In this document: positions 8,550 through 21,254 of the stretch, in pieces
Layout: each line of letters begins with the position of its first letter
Numbering within the stretch: the first letter of the stretch is position 1
Assembly (NCBI RefSeq): GCF_055900595.2
Contig: NZ_CM148325.1
DNA: 64,000 bases
Reading direction: 5' to 3' (one strand)
The notes under the pieces: model-generated
Told to the model about the DNA's origin: nothing
The model's input: only the letters and a program-made list of their open reading frames with translations
Databases searched by the model: none
Made by a program: the position numbers and the translations under genes

Positions 8550-9770
8550 ATGGCAATGAGTGAACAAACCCAGCCAGTGGCTGGCGCTGCTGCGTCAACG
8601 ACCAAGGCCCGAACATCGTTTGGTATTTTAGGTGCTATCAGCCTCTCACATCTGCTGAACGACATGATCCAATCGCTGATTCTGGCGATTTATCCCCTGC
8701 TTCAGTCAGAATTTTCTCTGACATTTATGCAAATTGGCATGATAACCCTCACCTTCCAGCTCGCCTCTTCACTATTGCAACCGGTGGTCGGCTACTGGAC
8801 GGATAAATATCCGATGCCGTGGTCGTTGCCGATTGGCATGTGCTTTACCTTAAGCGGTCTGGTGCTGCTGGCGCTGGCGGGCAGTTTTGGCGCAGTTCTG
8901 CTGGCGGCGGCGTTGGTCGGCACTGGTTCGTCGGTCTTTCACCCGGAATCCTCACGCGTGGCCCGAATGGCGTCTGGTGGCCGTCATGGTCTGGCGCAAT
9001 CTATCTTCCAGGTCGGCGGAAACTTTGGCAGTTCACTTGGTCCCTTGCTGGCGGCGGTAATTATCGCGCCTTATGGCAAAGGTAACGTGGCGTGGTTTGT
9101 ACTGGCTGCTCTGTTAGCTATCGTGGTGCTGGCGCAAATCAGCCGTTGGTACTCTGCACAGCACCGAATGAATAAGGGCAAACCCAAAGCAACGATTATC
9201 AATCCACTGCCGCGCAACAAAGTGGTACTGGCGGTCAGCATTCTGTTAATCCTGATTTTCTCGAAATATTTCTATATGGCGAGCATCAGCAGCTATTACA
9301 CCTTTTATCTGATGCAAAAATTCGGATTATCTATCCAGAATGCCCAGCTTCATCTATTTGCATTCCTGTTTGCCGTTGCGGCAGGTACGGTGATCGGCGG
9401 GCCTGTAGGGGATAAAATTGGACGGAAATATGTGATTTGGGGCTCTATCCTCGGCGTTGCGCCGTTTACGCTGATTTTACCCTACGCCAGCCTGCACTGG
9501 ACGGGGGTTTTAACGGTGATTATTGGATTTATCCTCGCTTCGGCGTTCTCTGCCATTCTGGTCTACGCTCAGGAGCTACTTCCAGGACGTATCGGTATGG
9601 TTTCTGGACTCTTTTTCGGTTTTGCTTTCGGCATGGGGGGTCTGGGAGCGGCAGTTCTGGGGCTTATCGCCGACCACACCAGCATCGAGTTAGTCTATAA
9701 AATCTGTGCTTTCCTGCCACTATTGGGGATGTTGACCATATTCCTACCTGATAACCGGCATAAAGACTGA
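8550..9770 (+). CDS. fsr: Fosmidomycin resistance MFS transporter
   Basis: 406 aa, multi-pass membrane protein, recognised. Confidence 0.92.
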   Translation: MAMSEQTQPVAGAAASTTKARTSFGILGAISLSHLLNDMIQSLILAIYPLLQSEFSLTFMQIGMITLTFQLASSLLQPVVGYWTDKYPMPWSLPIGMCFTLSGLVLLALAGSFGAVLLAAALVGTGSSVFHPESSRVARMASGGRHGLAQSIFQVGGNFGSSLGPLLAAVIIAPYGKGNVAWFVLAALLAIVVLAQISRWYSAQHRMNKGKPKATIINPLPRNKVVLAVSILLILIFSKYFYMASISSYYTFYLMQKFGLSIQNAQLHLFAFLFAVAAGTVIGGPVGDKIGRKYVIWGSILGVAPFTLILPYASLHWTGVLTVIIGFILASAFSAILVYAQELLPGRIGMVSGLFFGFAFGMGGLGAAVLGLIADHTSIELVYKICAFLPLLGMLTIFLPDNRHKD

Positions 9771-10007
9771 TTTCATTGCAGCCAAAGGCAAACTTTGGCT
9801 GCATCGTTTTACAGTCGCCATAAGCCTTTCCTCTGTTAAACCGCCTTCTGTTTTCCGATCCGTGCTTTTTTTGCCGCTAATTCCATTTTTCTGCAAAATT
9901 CAACAATTATTCATAAACATCATCAATGAAATTGTCATAAACTATTACCTGTAATTTTGGTTTTCCCGGCCAAAAATGGACAATAACCACCAGGAAAAGG
10001 AGACGGA

Positions 10008-11684
10008 ATGCATCACGCCACCCCGCTTATCACCACCATTGTTGGCGGCCTTGTGCTCGCCTTTATCCTCGGCATGCTGGCCAATAAACTACGCATTTCT
10101 CCTCTGGTGGGATACCTGTTAGCAGGTGTGCTGGCGGGACCATTCACTCCTGGCTTTGTTGCCGATACCAAGCTCGCGCCGGAACTGGCGGAGCTGGGCG
10201 TTATTCTGCTGATGTTCGGCGTCGGTTTGCACTTTTCGCTGAAGGATTTGATGGCGGTAAAGGCCATCGCCATTCCCGGCGCGATCGCCCAGATAGCCGT
10301 GGCGACGCTGCTGGGTATGGCGCTCTCCGCCGTGCTGGGCTGGTCGTTAATGACCGGTATCGTGTTCGGTTTATGTCTTTCCACCGCCAGTACCGTGGTG
10401 TTACTGCGCGCACTTGAAGAACGGCAATTAATAGACAGCCAGCGTGGGCAAATCGCCATCGGTTGGTTGATTGTGGAAGACCTGGTCATGGTTCTGACGC
10501 TGGTATTGCTGCCCGCAGTAGCAGGAATGATGGAACAGGGCGATGTGGGCTTTGCCACTCTTGCAGTCGATATGGGGATCACCATCGGCAAGGTGATCGC
10601 ATTTATCGCCATTATGATGCTGGTAGGTCGCCGTCTGGTGCCGTGGATTATGGCACGCAGCGCAGCAACCGGTTCCCGCGAGCTGTTTACCCTGTCGGTG
10701 CTGGCGCTGGCGTTAGGGATTGCCTTTGGTGCGGTGGAGCTGTTTGATGTCTCCTTTGCACTCGGTGCGTTCTTTGCCGGGATGGTACTGAACGAGTCTG
10801 AACTGAGTCACCGTGCTGCCCACGATACGCTGCCATTACGCGACGCGTTTGCGGTGCTGTTTTTTGTCTCCGTCGGAATGCTGTTTGATCCGTTAATTCT
10901 GATTCAGCAACCACTGGCGGTGCTAGCGACGCTGGCGATTATTCTGTTTGGTAAGTCATTAGCCGCGTTTTTCCTGGTGCGACTGTTTGGTCACTCTCAA
11001 CGTACGGCATTAACTATCGCCGCCAGCCTGGCGCAAATTGGTGAGTTCGCTTTTATCCTGGCGGGGCTGGGGATGGCGCTGGATCTGTTGCCGCAGGCCG
11101 GACAAAACCTGGTGCTGGCAGGGGCAATCCTGTCGATTATGCTTAACCCGGTGCTGTTCGCGCTGCTGGAGAAATATCTGGCGAAGACCGAAACGCTGGA
11201 AGAGCAGACGCTGGAAGAAGCTATCGAAGAGGAGAAGCAGATTCCGGTGGATATCTGCAACCATGCGCTGCTGGTAGGTTATGGTCGTGTGGGCAGCCTG
11301 CTGGGGGAGAAGTTGCTCGCATCTGATATTCCTTTAGTGGTGATTGAGACGTCACGTACTCGCGTCGATGAACTGCGCGAGCGCGGGGTCCGGGCGGTAT
11401 TAGGCAACGCGGCGAATGAAGAAATTATGCAACTAGCGCATCTGGAATGCGCAAAATGGCTGATCCTGACGATTCCCAATGGTTACGAAGCAGGCGAGAT
11501 TGTGGCGTCTGCTCGCGCGAAAAACCCGGATATTGAGATTATCGCCCGCGCCCATTATGACGACGAGGTAGCATATATTACCGAGCGCGGGGCGAATCAG
11601 GTGGTAATGGGCGAGCGTGAAATCGCCCGTACTATGCTGGAACTGCTGGAAACGCCACCGGCGGGTGAAGTGGTGACGGGGTAA
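10008..11684 (+). CDS. ybaL: CPA2-family putative K+/H+ antiporter with C-terminal RCK/KTN domain
   Basis: 558 aa, recognised. Confidence 0.92.
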   Translation: MHHATPLITTIVGGLVLAFILGMLANKLRISPLVGYLLAGVLAGPFTPGFVADTKLAPELAELGVILLMFGVGLHFSLKDLMAVKAIAIPGAIAQIAVATLLGMALSAVLGWSLMTGIVFGLCLSTASTVVLLRALEERQLIDSQRGQIAIGWLIVEDLVMVLTLVLLPAVAGMMEQGDVGFATLAVDMGITIGKVIAFIAIMMLVGRRLVPWIMARSAATGSRELFTLSVLALALGIAFGAVELFDVSFALGAFFAGMVLNESELSHRAAHDTLPLRDAFAVLFFVSVGMLFDPLILIQQPLAVLATLAIILFGKSLAAFFLVRLFGHSQRTALTIAASLAQIGEFAFILAGLGMALDLLPQAGQNLVLAGAILSIMLNPVLFALLEKYLAKTETLEEQTLEEAIEEEKQIPVDICNHALLVGYGRVGSLLGEKLLASDIPLVVIETSRTRVDELRERGVRAVLGNAANEEIMQLAHLECAKWLILTIPNGYEAGEIVASARAKNPDIEIIARAHYDDEVAYITERGANQVVMGEREIARTMLELLETPPAGEVVTG

Positions 11685-11689
11685 GACAT

Positions 11690-11885
11690 TGATTCCATTG
11701 CCGGATGCGATGCTGGCGCATCTTATCCGGCCTACAGGTGCCACCTTCCAAAGGTCGGATAAGGCGTTTATGTCGCATCCGACTGTCATTGCCGGATGCG
11801 ATGTTGACACATCTTATCCAGCCTACAGGTGCCATCTTTCGTAGGTCGGATAAGGCGTTTATGCCGCATCCGACTGTCATCAGTC
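11690..11885. repeat. REP/BIME cluster (two tandem about 95-bp palindromic units)
   Basis: gccggatgcg...cgcatccggc palindromes typical of E. coli REP elements between convergent ybaL and gsk. Confidence 0.8.
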
Positions 11886-11892
11886 CGATAAC

Positions 11893-13197
11893 TTAACGAT
11901 CCCAGTAAGACTCTTCCAGACTGTCTTCACGCTCCGGTAAGCCGCGCGTTAAACGAGGTGAATGCTGGTTCAGTACCTGATAGCTCACACGGTTAGCATA
12001 TTTACACACCTGCGCTAATGACGAATACGTTAACCAGGTGAATTTATGTTTGCTGGAGTTTGGTACGTTGCTACGGTGGTAGCTGTTGGCGGTAATGTCA
12101 TGCAGCAATGCTGCCAGTGCGCCATCCCCGGCACCGTTGGTGTTCATGATCTTTTCCGGCCCGCCCATGTACGGCGCAATGTGAGAATAGACGCGCAGCG
12201 GGTTCTGGCAATCTTTATGGCGCATGGCGCGGCTAAACTCATACTGGTTAAATTCCGCTATAGCGCCCGGCAGCAGCGGATGCTGGGTTTTACGTTTCGC
12301 TTCGTCTTCAGTAAAGCCCGCCATATACAAGCCGATTGGCCCGGCGGTGCACAGCACCAGATCAACCCAGTCCAGCGCCTTGTCAGATGCCAACAACGGA
12401 TCGCTTTCTCCGGTCAACGCTTCGGCCTCATCTTCGTTCATCGCAAGGATAGAGACGTGATCTTTGAGGAATTGCTGCCACCACTGCGGATTCTCGGCAA
12501 TGACAAACTTGGTGCCCAGCGTCAGCACCACCGGTACGTTATATTTCTTCGCGTACTCAATGGCTTTCATGGTTGCTTCCGGCATGGGTTCACCCGGCTT
12601 ACAACGCACCAGATAAGAAGTGAGAACCAGTGCCGAGGCTCCGGCAATCACATCTTCCGGAATACTTTCAGCCCGCAGCTGGTTCATGTGGCCAGGGCTG
12701 ATAGCAAAGGTACGTTCCCCGGACTCGCCAATCAGGGTAAAGCAGCGACCAATCGGGCCGTCCACGCCTTGCAGATAGTTAAGATCGGTACGGCTGGAGG
12801 TGTTACACAGGTAACGATAGGCATAGCTGCCAATTTCAATATTGCTGCACATGACGCCCAGCAGCACCGAACGGTCGTCCGCGAGCACCGAGTAGTTGTG
12901 CATGGTGTTACCAATGGTGCCACCCGCAAACTGGTGAGTAATCAGGTTTTTCTGTTTCAGCTCCTGATAAAGTGCTTCGGCAACATCATCCTCAATCACC
13001 AGTGAATGCCCGGCGCTTAATCCATAACGCTCAATGAACTCATCATCCACTTTCGCTTCAATATCGACCAGCGTTTGATCGATACCCACTACCCAGGCAG
13101 CGCTGGTTTCGTTTTCTGGCTGGAATTGCTGAAGCAGCGGATCGCGTGCGTTTACGGGAAAATAATGTTTGGATTTACGTTTGCCGGGAAATTTCAT
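11893..13197 (-). CDS. gsk: Inosine-guanosine kinase
   Basis: 434 aa, recognised. Confidence 0.95.
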   Translation of the reverse strand: MKFPGKRKSKHYFPVNARDPLLQQFQPENETSAAWVVGIDQTLVDIEAKVDDEFIERYGLSAGHSLVIEDDVAEALYQELKQKNLITHQFAGGTIGNTMHNYSVLADDRSVLLGVMCSNIEIGSYAYRYLCNTSSRTDLNYLQGVDGPIGRCFTLIGESGERTFAISPGHMNQLRAESIPEDVIAGASALVLTSYLVRCKPGEPMPEATMKAIEYAKKYNVPVVLTLGTKFVIAENPQWWQQFLKDHVSILAMNEDEAEALTGESDPLLASDKALDWVDLVLCTAGPIGLYMAGFTEDEAKRKTQHPLLPGAIAEFNQYEFSRAMRHKDCQNPLRVYSHIAPYMGGPEKIMNTNGAGDGALAALLHDITANSYHRSNVPNSSKHKFTWLTYSSLAQVCKYANRVSYQVLNQHSPRLTRGLPEREDSLEESYWDR

Positions 13198-13348
13198 GGT
13201 TGTTTTTACGGGTGGTTAACTGAGCGGCGAATGTTAACACAATCAGACGGGAGCGCGCGAGACGCAGCCAGTTTCAATATCAGCAGGCGGGATCGCATTT
13301 TCATGGCAGTGGTTCCTTACAATGACGTAATTTGAAAGGAGTTTTTGC

Positions 13349-14308
13349 ATGAAGCCGGAAAACAAATTACCCGTTCTGGACCTTATTTCTGCTGAAATGA
13401 AGACCGTTGTGAATACTCTTCAGCCGGATTTACCGCCCTGGCCCGCAACGGGAACGATTGCTGAGCAACGACAGTATTACACACTTGAGCGCCGATTCTG
13501 GAATGCGGGCGCTCCAGAAATGGCAACCAGCGCTTACATGGTTCCCACACCTTATGGTCAGGTCGAGACTCGCCTCTACTCACCCAAAAGTCACAGCCCG
13601 GCGACACTATTTTATCTGCATGGTGGTGGTTTTATTCTCGGCAATCTTGATACCCACGATCGGATTATGCGACTGCTGGCAAATTACACCCAATGTACAG
13701 TGATTGGTATTGCTTACACTCTTTCGCCGGAAGCACGTTTTCCGCAGGCAATAGAGGAAATTGTGGCTGCCTGTTGCCACTTCCACCAGCAGGCAGAGGA
13801 TTATCAAATCAATATGTCACGCATTGGTTTTGCTGGTGATTCTGCAGGCGCAATGCTGGCGCTCGCCGGTGCGTTGTGGTTACGTGATAAACAGATAGAT
13901 TGCGGTGAAGTTGCGGGCGTTTTGCTGTGGTATGGGCTTTACGGATTACGGGATTCCGTGACTCGTCGTCTGTTGGGCGGTGTTTGGGATGGCTTAACGC
14001 AAGAGGATTTACAGATGTATGAAGAGGCGTATTTAAGCAACGACGCTGACCGCGAGTCGCCGTATTACTGCCTGTTTAATAATGATCTCACTCGTGAGGT
14101 TCCGCCCTGTTTTATTGCCGGAGCGGAGTTCGATCCGCTGCTGGATGACAGCCGTCTGCTTTACCAGACGTTAGCGGCGCATCAGCAGCCCTGTGAGTTC
14201 AAACTCTACCCAGGCACGCTGCACGCCTTTTTGCATTATTCACGGATGATGAAAGCCGCCGACGAGGCTCTTCGCGACGGCGCTCAGTTCTTTACCGCTC
14301 AGCTTTAG
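13349..14308 (+). CDS. aes: Acetyl esterase
   Basis: 319 aa, HGGG motif, GDSAG serine motif. Confidence 0.95.
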   Translation: MKPENKLPVLDLISAEMKTVVNTLQPDLPPWPATGTIAEQRQYYTLERRFWNAGAPEMATSAYMVPTPYGQVETRLYSPKSHSPATLFYLHGGGFILGNLDTHDRIMRLLANYTQCTVIGIAYTLSPEARFPQAIEEIVAACCHFHQQAEDYQINMSRIGFAGDSAGAMLALAGALWLRDKQIDCGEVAGVLLWYGLYGLRDSVTRRLLGGVWDGLTQEDLQMYEEAYLSNDADRESPYYCLFNNDLTREVPPCFIAGAEFDPLLDDSRLLYQTLAAHQQPCEFKLYPGTLHAFLHYSRMMKAADEALRDGAQFFTAQL

Positions 14309-15267
14309 CGATACGCGGCAACAAGATTAGCCATCATTTCGATATGTTCCGGTGTGGCATTAAGCGCCGGAATATATTCGTATTTTTTCCCGCCCGCACC
14401 GAGGAAGACCTCACGGTTTTGCTCGGCAATCTCTTCCAGCGTCTCCAGACAATCTGCAGCAAAGCCCGGGCACATCACCTGAATATGACCTACGCCTTTT
14501 TCTCCGAGCATTTTCAGCGTTTCATCGGTATAAGGCATTAGCCAGGGTTCCCGACCAAAACGCGACTGAAAGGTCATCATCACTTTTTCCGGAGCCATTC
14601 CCAGTGCGGAAGCCAGTTCACGTGTAGTTGTGCGACAACGTTGCGGGTAATCATCGCCTTCATCGGCATAACGCTGGGGAATGCCATGATAAGAGAGCAG
14701 CAGCAGATCCGGTTCGCCATGTTTGGCAAAAGAAGCACGTACGCTGTTCGCCAGTGCATTAATGTAATCGTGGTTATCGGCGTAATCACGAATAAACGAT
14801 ATCCCCGGAATGCTACGTTTGCGCGCCAGAATGCGTGCCAGTTCATCCCATACCGCACCGACCGTTGAACAGGAGTATTGCGGATAAAGCGGAAGCACCA
14901 CAATATGATCTACATGCTCTGCCAGGAGTTCATCTACGGCGCTTTCCAGTGATGGCGAGCCGTAGCTCATTCCCAGCGCTACGGGCGTCTCCGGTAAACG
15001 TTGTGCCAGCGCCTGCTGTTGCTGGCGGCTGTAAACCATCAGTGGCGAGCCGCCCTCCATCCAGACAGAGGCATACAACTTCGCCACACGCGGCGAGCGC
15101 AGCGGCAAAATCACGCCGTGCAGCAACGGCCACCACAACAGCCGTGAGGTATCAACCACGCGTCTGTCGCTTAAAAATTGTTTCAGGTAGCGTTTTACCG
15201 CTTCAGGAGTGGGGGCATCGGGTGTACCCAGGTTTGCCAGCAGAATACCGGTTTTAGTTTGACGCAT
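14305..15267 (-). CDS. hemH: Ferrochelatase
   Basis: 320 aa; 4-bp convergent overlap with aes. Confidence 0.95.
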   Translation of the reverse strand: MRQTKTGILLANLGTPDAPTPEAVKRYLKQFLSDRRVVDTSRLLWWPLLHGVILPLRSPRVAKLYASVWMEGGSPLMVYSRQQQQALAQRLPETPVALGMSYGSPSLESAVDELLAEHVDHIVVLPLYPQYSCSTVGAVWDELARILARKRSIPGISFIRDYADNHDYINALANSVRASFAKHGEPDLLLLSYHGIPQRYADEGDDYPQRCRTTTRELASALGMAPEKVMMTFQSRFGREPWLMPYTDETLKMLGEKGVGHIQVMCPGFAADCLETLEEIAEQNREVFLGAGGKKYEYIPALNATPEHIEMMANLVAAYR

Positions 15268-15398
15268 TACCGCCTCTTATCGATTCAACTTGTTGATAAT
15301 TGTAGCGGAAAAGTGAAGAAGAAGAACTAATTGCTGTGAGAGGTTTTGCCTGAGGAGGATGAGCAGACCTGCCCGAAAGCAGATCTGCTGCGGCTTAA

Positions 15399-16115
<717 letters not shown>

Positions 16116-16223
16116 TCAAGAAAGGCACCTGAGGCTGAAACGGTTAATGGCGAGATAATTTGCGGAAAGGACAGATGATGAAAAGAAAAATGCCGGATGA
16201 CACGAGGGTCATCCGGCATTACA

Positions 16224-18098
16224 TCAGGAAACCAGCAGCTGGTTCATACGACGAATAAACAGGTTCGGATCTTCCAGCGTACCGCGCTCTGCCAGCAGCG
16301 CCTGATCCAACAGTAATTCTACCCACTCGCTGAACTTCGCTTCATCTTCAGTATCTGCCGCACGTTTCACCAGTACGTGATCCGGGTTCAGTTCGAAGAT
16401 GTATTTCACTTCTGGTACTTTCTGGCCCGCCGCAGCGAACAGTTTCGCCATCTGGGTGCTCATTTCGTCCGCGTCGGTCGAAACGATCGCTGGCGTATCG
16501 GTCAGACGGTGGGTCAGACGGACATCTTTCACGCGCTCGCCGAGCAGGGCTTTCACACGGTCGATGAACGGAGTCAGTGCTTTCTCCGCTTCTTTCGCGT
16601 TCTCATCAACTTCGTCAGCCAGTTTTTCCAGCGACTCGTCAACTTTAGACACAGACTGGAACGGTTTACCGTCGAACTCAGTCAGATAGTTCATCATCCA
16701 CTCATCGATGCGGTCGGAAAGCAGCAGAACTTCGATGCCTTTCTTACGCAGCAGTTCCAGGTGCGGGCTGCTCTTCGCTGCCGCATAGCTGTCTGCGGTG
16801 ATGTAGTAGATTTTCTCCTGCCCTTCTTTCATGCGGGAAACGTAGTCTTCCAGAGACACGGTCTGCGCAGAAGAGTCGGTATGGGTAGAAGCAAAACGCA
16901 GCAGTTTGGCGATCGCTTCCTGGTTAGCGAAATCTTCCGCCGGACCTTCTTTCAGTACCAGGCCAAACTGTTGCCAGAAGGTCTGGTATTTTTCCGCGTC
17001 GTCTTTCGCCAGTTTTTCCAGCATTTGCAGCACACGCTTGGTCAGCGCATTGCGCAGGTTGCGGGTTACGGTGCTGTCCTGGAGGATTTCACGGGAAACG
17101 TTCAGCGGCAGATCGCTGGAGTCAATCAGACCACGCACGAAGCGCAGATAGTTCGGCATGAACTGTTCTGCGTCGTCCATGATGAACACACGCTGGACGT
17201 ACAGTTTCAGGCCGTGCTTATGATCGCGGTTCCACATATCCCACGGTGCCTGCGACGGAATATACAGCAGGCTGGTGTACTCCTGCTTACCTTCGACACG
17301 GTTGTGGCTCCAGGTCAGCGGATCGTTAAAGTCGTGAGCGATGTGTTTGTAGAACTCTTTGTACTCTTCATCGGTGATTTCCGACTTGTTACGAGTCCAC
17401 AGCGCCTGCGCTTTGTTGATTTTCTCCCAGGAGATAACGGTTTCGCCGTCTTTCTCTTCGCGTTTTTCGATCTCTACCGGCAGCGCGATATGGTCGGAGT
17501 ATTTGCTGATGATGGAACGCACGCGCCAGTCATCGAGGAACTCGTCTTCGCCTTCACGCAGATGCAGGGTGATTTCAGTACCACGATCTTCTTTGGTGAT
17601 GTCGGCAACGGTATATTCACCTTCGCCAGCCGATTCCCAGAAGACGCCGTTTTCTGGTTTTTCGCCTGCCGCGCGAGTACGCACGGTCACTTTGTCGGCC
17701 ACGATAAACGCAGAGTAGAAACCAACACCAAACTGACCGATCAGTTGGCTGTCTTTCGCCTGGTCAGAACCCAGGGATTCGAGGAATGATTTGGTGCCGG
17801 ATTTAGCGATAGTCCCCAGATGGTCAATCACTTCGTCGCGGGTCATCCCCACGCCGTTATCGGAGATGGTAAGCGTGCGCTTGTCTTTATCGAAAGAGAC
17901 ACGAACGCGCAGTTCGCCATCACCTTCGTACAGGTCCGGGTTGGAGAGCGCGCGGAAACGCAGCTTGTCCGCCGCATCGGAGGCGTTAGAGATAAGCTCA
18001 CGCAGGAAGATTTCTTTATTGGAATAGAGAGAATGGATCATCAGGTGCAGAAGTTGTTTCACTTCTGACTGAAAACCACGAGTTTCTTGTCCTTTCAT
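16224..18098 (-). CDS. htpG: Hsp90-family chaperone
   Basis: 624 aa, recognised. Confidence 0.97.
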   Translation of the reverse strand: MKGQETRGFQSEVKQLLHLMIHSLYSNKEIFLRELISNASDAADKLRFRALSNPDLYEGDGELRVRVSFDKDKRTLTISDNGVGMTRDEVIDHLGTIAKSGTKSFLESLGSDQAKDSQLIGQFGVGFYSAFIVADKVTVRTRAAGEKPENGVFWESAGEGEYTVADITKEDRGTEITLHLREGEDEFLDDWRVRSIISKYSDHIALPVEIEKREEKDGETVISWEKINKAQALWTRNKSEITDEEYKEFYKHIAHDFNDPLTWSHNRVEGKQEYTSLLYIPSQAPWDMWNRDHKHGLKLYVQRVFIMDDAEQFMPNYLRFVRGLIDSSDLPLNVSREILQDSTVTRNLRNALTKRVLQMLEKLAKDDAEKYQTFWQQFGLVLKEGPAEDFANQEAIAKLLRFASTHTDSSAQTVSLEDYVSRMKEGQEKIYYITADSYAAAKSSPHLELLRKKGIEVLLLSDRIDEWMMNYLTEFDGKPFQSVSKVDESLEKLADEVDENAKEAEKALTPFIDRVKALLGERVKDVRLTHRLTDTPAIVSTDADEMSTQMAKLFAAAGQKVPEVKYIFELNPDHVLVKRAADTEDEAKFSEWVELLLDQALLAERGTLEDPNLFIRRMNQLLVS

Positions 18099-18207
18099 GT
18101 AGGTCTACCTCAATAATGCCATTTTAAGGTTAAAAACAGGATGAGGGAGAGATGGGGACAAGGGAGAATAATTTCAAGCGAGAGCAGGTGATCCTGCTCT
18201 CGTTTGC

Positions 18208-18812
18208 TTAAAAACGAATCTTATGACGCCCGGCAAGGGAGTGTGACAGCGTGGTGCCATCGACCATTTCCAGCTCGCCGCCAACCGGTACGCCATGAGC
18301 GATTCGGCTGGCTTCCACGTCATATTGCGCGCAAAGCTCGGCAATGTAGTTAGCGGTAGCTTCACCTTCAACCGTGGGGTTGGTGGCTAGGATCACTTCA
18401 GTGATTTTTTCCTCTGCCAGACGCTGTTCCAGACGATCAAGGCCGATATCATCCGGACCGATGCCGTCCAGCGGTGACAGATGTCCCATCAACACAAAAT
18501 AACGACCTGAAAACTGCCCCGTCTGCTCAATGGCATAAATGTCCGCCGGACTCTCCACCACGCAGATTTGACCGTTTTCCTGACGACGCGGATTCGAACA
18601 GATGTTACAGACTTCCTGTTCGGTGAAAGTGCGGCAATCGGCGCAGTGGCCGATTTCCGACATCGCCCGGGTGAGCGCCTGCGCCAGACGCATCCCGCCG
18701 CTACGATCGCGCTGAAGCAGCGTGAACGCCATACGCTGCGCCGACTTCGGGCCAACGCCCGGCAGACAGCGCAGTGCTTCCATAAGCTGTGTTAACAGCG
18801 GGCTGGTTTGCA

Positions 18813-18813
<1 letters not shown>
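18208..18813 (-). CDS. recR: Recombination protein RecR
   Basis: 201 aa, C4 zinc finger and Toprim region. Confidence 0.95.
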
Positions 18814-19157
<344 letters not shown>

Positions 19158-19194
19158 TCACGTTAAGGATGACGAACGTAAGCTGTGCTTACGA

Positions 19195-21126
19195 TCAAAT
19201 GGGGCGGATACTTTCTTCATCCAGCTCCGCATCGAAGAATCGACGCAGGGTCTGAATATTATTATCCGCAATAATGGACTCGCGCGCCTGCGCAAGTTTT
19301 TCTTCGTATATCGCCTGACGCCATTCCAGCGGCGTGCGCACCGCGGGATTATCATCTTCAACGATAGTCAGTTCAACCGTTGAACCTTTTAACGTGCTCA
19401 ACGCTTCAGCCAGTTTTTGCTGTGCACCGCGGTTGTTTAAATGCCGCTGAGAGGAGCGCAAATGCAGACATACTGCGTTGTCGCTCTCCTCTTTCCAAGC
19501 ATTTAACGCCACCTGTTCGACCAGTTTTGGTAGCGAAAGTTGGCTCACCTGTGCCGCCCAAGGATCGCGGTCAATGGCTTCTGCCGCCAGCTTTGCCGCC
19601 AGTTCCGGCGTTTTTTCATGTTCCAGCGCTTTTTTCAGCGCCTTCGGCGTGGCGACCACCTCTTTTTGCTGCATCACTGGAGTGGTAGCCTTCCAGCGAT
19701 ACGCTTCTTTTTTGGCTGGTGCTTTTTCCAGCGCCGATGGCCCCGGACGCGCCTGAACGCGATCGGTGACCGAAGCCAGTCTTTCCAGCGCAGCGTTATT
19801 CACCGGCCGCGCGCGGGTAGCGGCTGCCGGTTCACTCTTTTTTGCTTTGGTTGCTCCCTGTGCGCGCTGCAGTTGTTGGCGCGCTGCCAGCACCTGGCTG
19901 GTGGTTTCTGAGAGCGGTACAGTCGGTGCCTGCTGCGGTGCTGATTGCGGTTGCGGCGGCACCTGGGTTGGCGTCATTACTGCCGTTGGCGCGACGGGCG
20001 CAAAAGACTGGCGTGGCACTTCTGGCTCAGGCAGCGGCATACGCGGATGAAACGCCAGTGCGCGCAACAGTGTCATCTCAACGCCCATGCGGCGGTCCGG
20101 CGCATACGGTAATTCTTTGCGACCAATCAACAGCGTTTGATAGTAAAGCTGAATATCCGTCGGCGGTATGGTGCGCGCCAGTTCACGCATCCGCAGCTCG
20201 ATGGCGGCCATGTCGTTGCCCAGCGCAGCAGGGGAAAGTTGCACCATTGCAATGCGGTGCAACAGGCCGAGCATTTCTACCAGCAACGCTTCCCACTCAA
20301 TACCACGAGCGGCGGCTTCATTAATCAGCGACATTACACGCTCGCCGTTGGCTTCAACCATCGCTTCAACCAGCGACAGCGCCTGATCGTCGTCAAGCGT
20401 ACCCAGCATCGCACTGACCGCCTGGGTTGAAACCTGGCCGTCACCGCTGGCAATTGCCTGGTCGGTTAAACTTAGGGCATCTCGCAAGCTGCCTTCAGCG
20501 GCGCGCGCCAGCAGTTGCAGCGCCCGCGGCTCGTGAGCGATATGTTCTTCGTTGAGGATGTGCTCAAGCTGATGGCGAATTTGCTCGACATCCAGCGCCT
20601 TGAGATGAAATTGCAGGCAGCGTGACAAAATCGTCACCGGCAATTTCTGCGGATCGGTCGTCGCCAGCAGAAACTTGACGTGCTCCGGCGGTTCTTCAAG
20701 GGTTTTTAACAGTGCGTTAAAGCTGTGGCGCGACAGCATATGCACTTCGTCGATCAGATAAACTTTAAAACGACCACGCGCTGGCGCGTACTGGACGTTA
20801 TCCAGCAGGTCGCGGGTATCTTCGACTTTGGTGCGCGAGGCGGCGTCGATTTCAATCAGATCGACAAAGCGCCCCTGCTCAATTTCACGACAGTTATCGC
20901 ACACGCCGCACGGCGTCGCGGTAATGCCGGTTTCGCAGTTTAGCCCCTTCGCCAGCAGTCGGGCGATAGAGGTTTTTCCGACGCCACGGGTGCCGGAAAA
21001 AAGATAAGCATGATGAATACGCCCTAACGACAAGCCGTTCGCCAGTGCGGTCAGCACATGTTCCTGGCCGACGACGTCAGCAAAGGTTTGTGGGCGCCAT
21101 TTTCGGGCTAAGACCTGATAACTCAT
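19195..21126 (-). CDS. dnaX: DNA polymerase III tau subunit (gamma produced by programmed -1 frameshift)
   Basis: 643 aa, AAA+ Walker motifs; slippery heptamer A AAA AAG at 19837-19843 (minus strand). Confidence 0.97.
   Translation of the reverse strand: MSYQVLARKWRPQTFADVVGQEHVLTALANGLSLGRIHHAYLFSGTRGVGKTSIARLLAKGLNCETGITATPCGVCDNCREIEQGRFVDLIEIDAASRTKVEDTRDLLDNVQYAPARGRFKVYLIDEVHMLSRHSFNALLKTLEEPPEHVKFLLATTDPQKLPVTILSRCLQFHLKALDVEQIRHQLEHILNEEHIAHEPRALQLLARAAEGSLRDALSLTDQAIASGDGQVSTQAVSAMLGTLDDDQALSLVEAMVEANGERVMSLINEAAARGIEWEALLVEMLGLLHRIAMVQLSPAALGNDMAAIELRMRELARTIPPTDIQLYYQTLLIGRKELPYAPDRRMGVEMTLLRALAFHPRMPLPEPEVPRQSFAPVAPTAVMTPTQVPPQPQSAPQQAPTVPLSETTSQVLAARQQLQRAQGATKAKKSEPAAATRARPVNNAALERLASVTDRVQARPGPSALEKAPAKKEAYRWKATTPVMQQKEVVATPKALKKALEHEKTPELAAKLAAEAIDRDPWAAQVSQLSLPKLVEQVALNAWKEESDNAVCLHLRSSQRHLNNRGAQQKLAEALSTLKGSTVELTIVEDDNPAVRTPLEWRQAIYEEKLAQARESIIADNNIQTLRRFFDAELDEESIRPI
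19837..19843 (-). other. dnaX: dnaX programmed -1 ribosomal frameshift slippery site (A AAA AAG)
   Basis: Plus-strand cttttttg; protein context ...ATKAKK SEPAAATRARP matches the known gamma C-terminus region. Confidence 0.85.
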
Positions 21127-21254
21127 TGGCAGGCTCTGAAACGCTGGAAGGTGGATTCACGAAGGGGTAATGCTAACACAGCCCCGTCAGAACGGCGAGG
21201 CTGAATGCACATCTTGTGCTGTCCGTAGCGTGGGCAGCACAAGACTGGCAATAA

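Noticed and set aside
16377-17789. 470-aa ORF antisense to htpG (and similar long antisense ORFs opposite copA 3702-4259, gsk 12046-13005, lon 52979-54061, clpX 54549-55229, tig 56788-58089, cyoB 63175-63852, ybaL 10013-10612)
   Set aside because: Typical shadow ORFs opposite highly expressed genes; the sense-strand proteins are recognised full-length and the antisense translations are low-complexity
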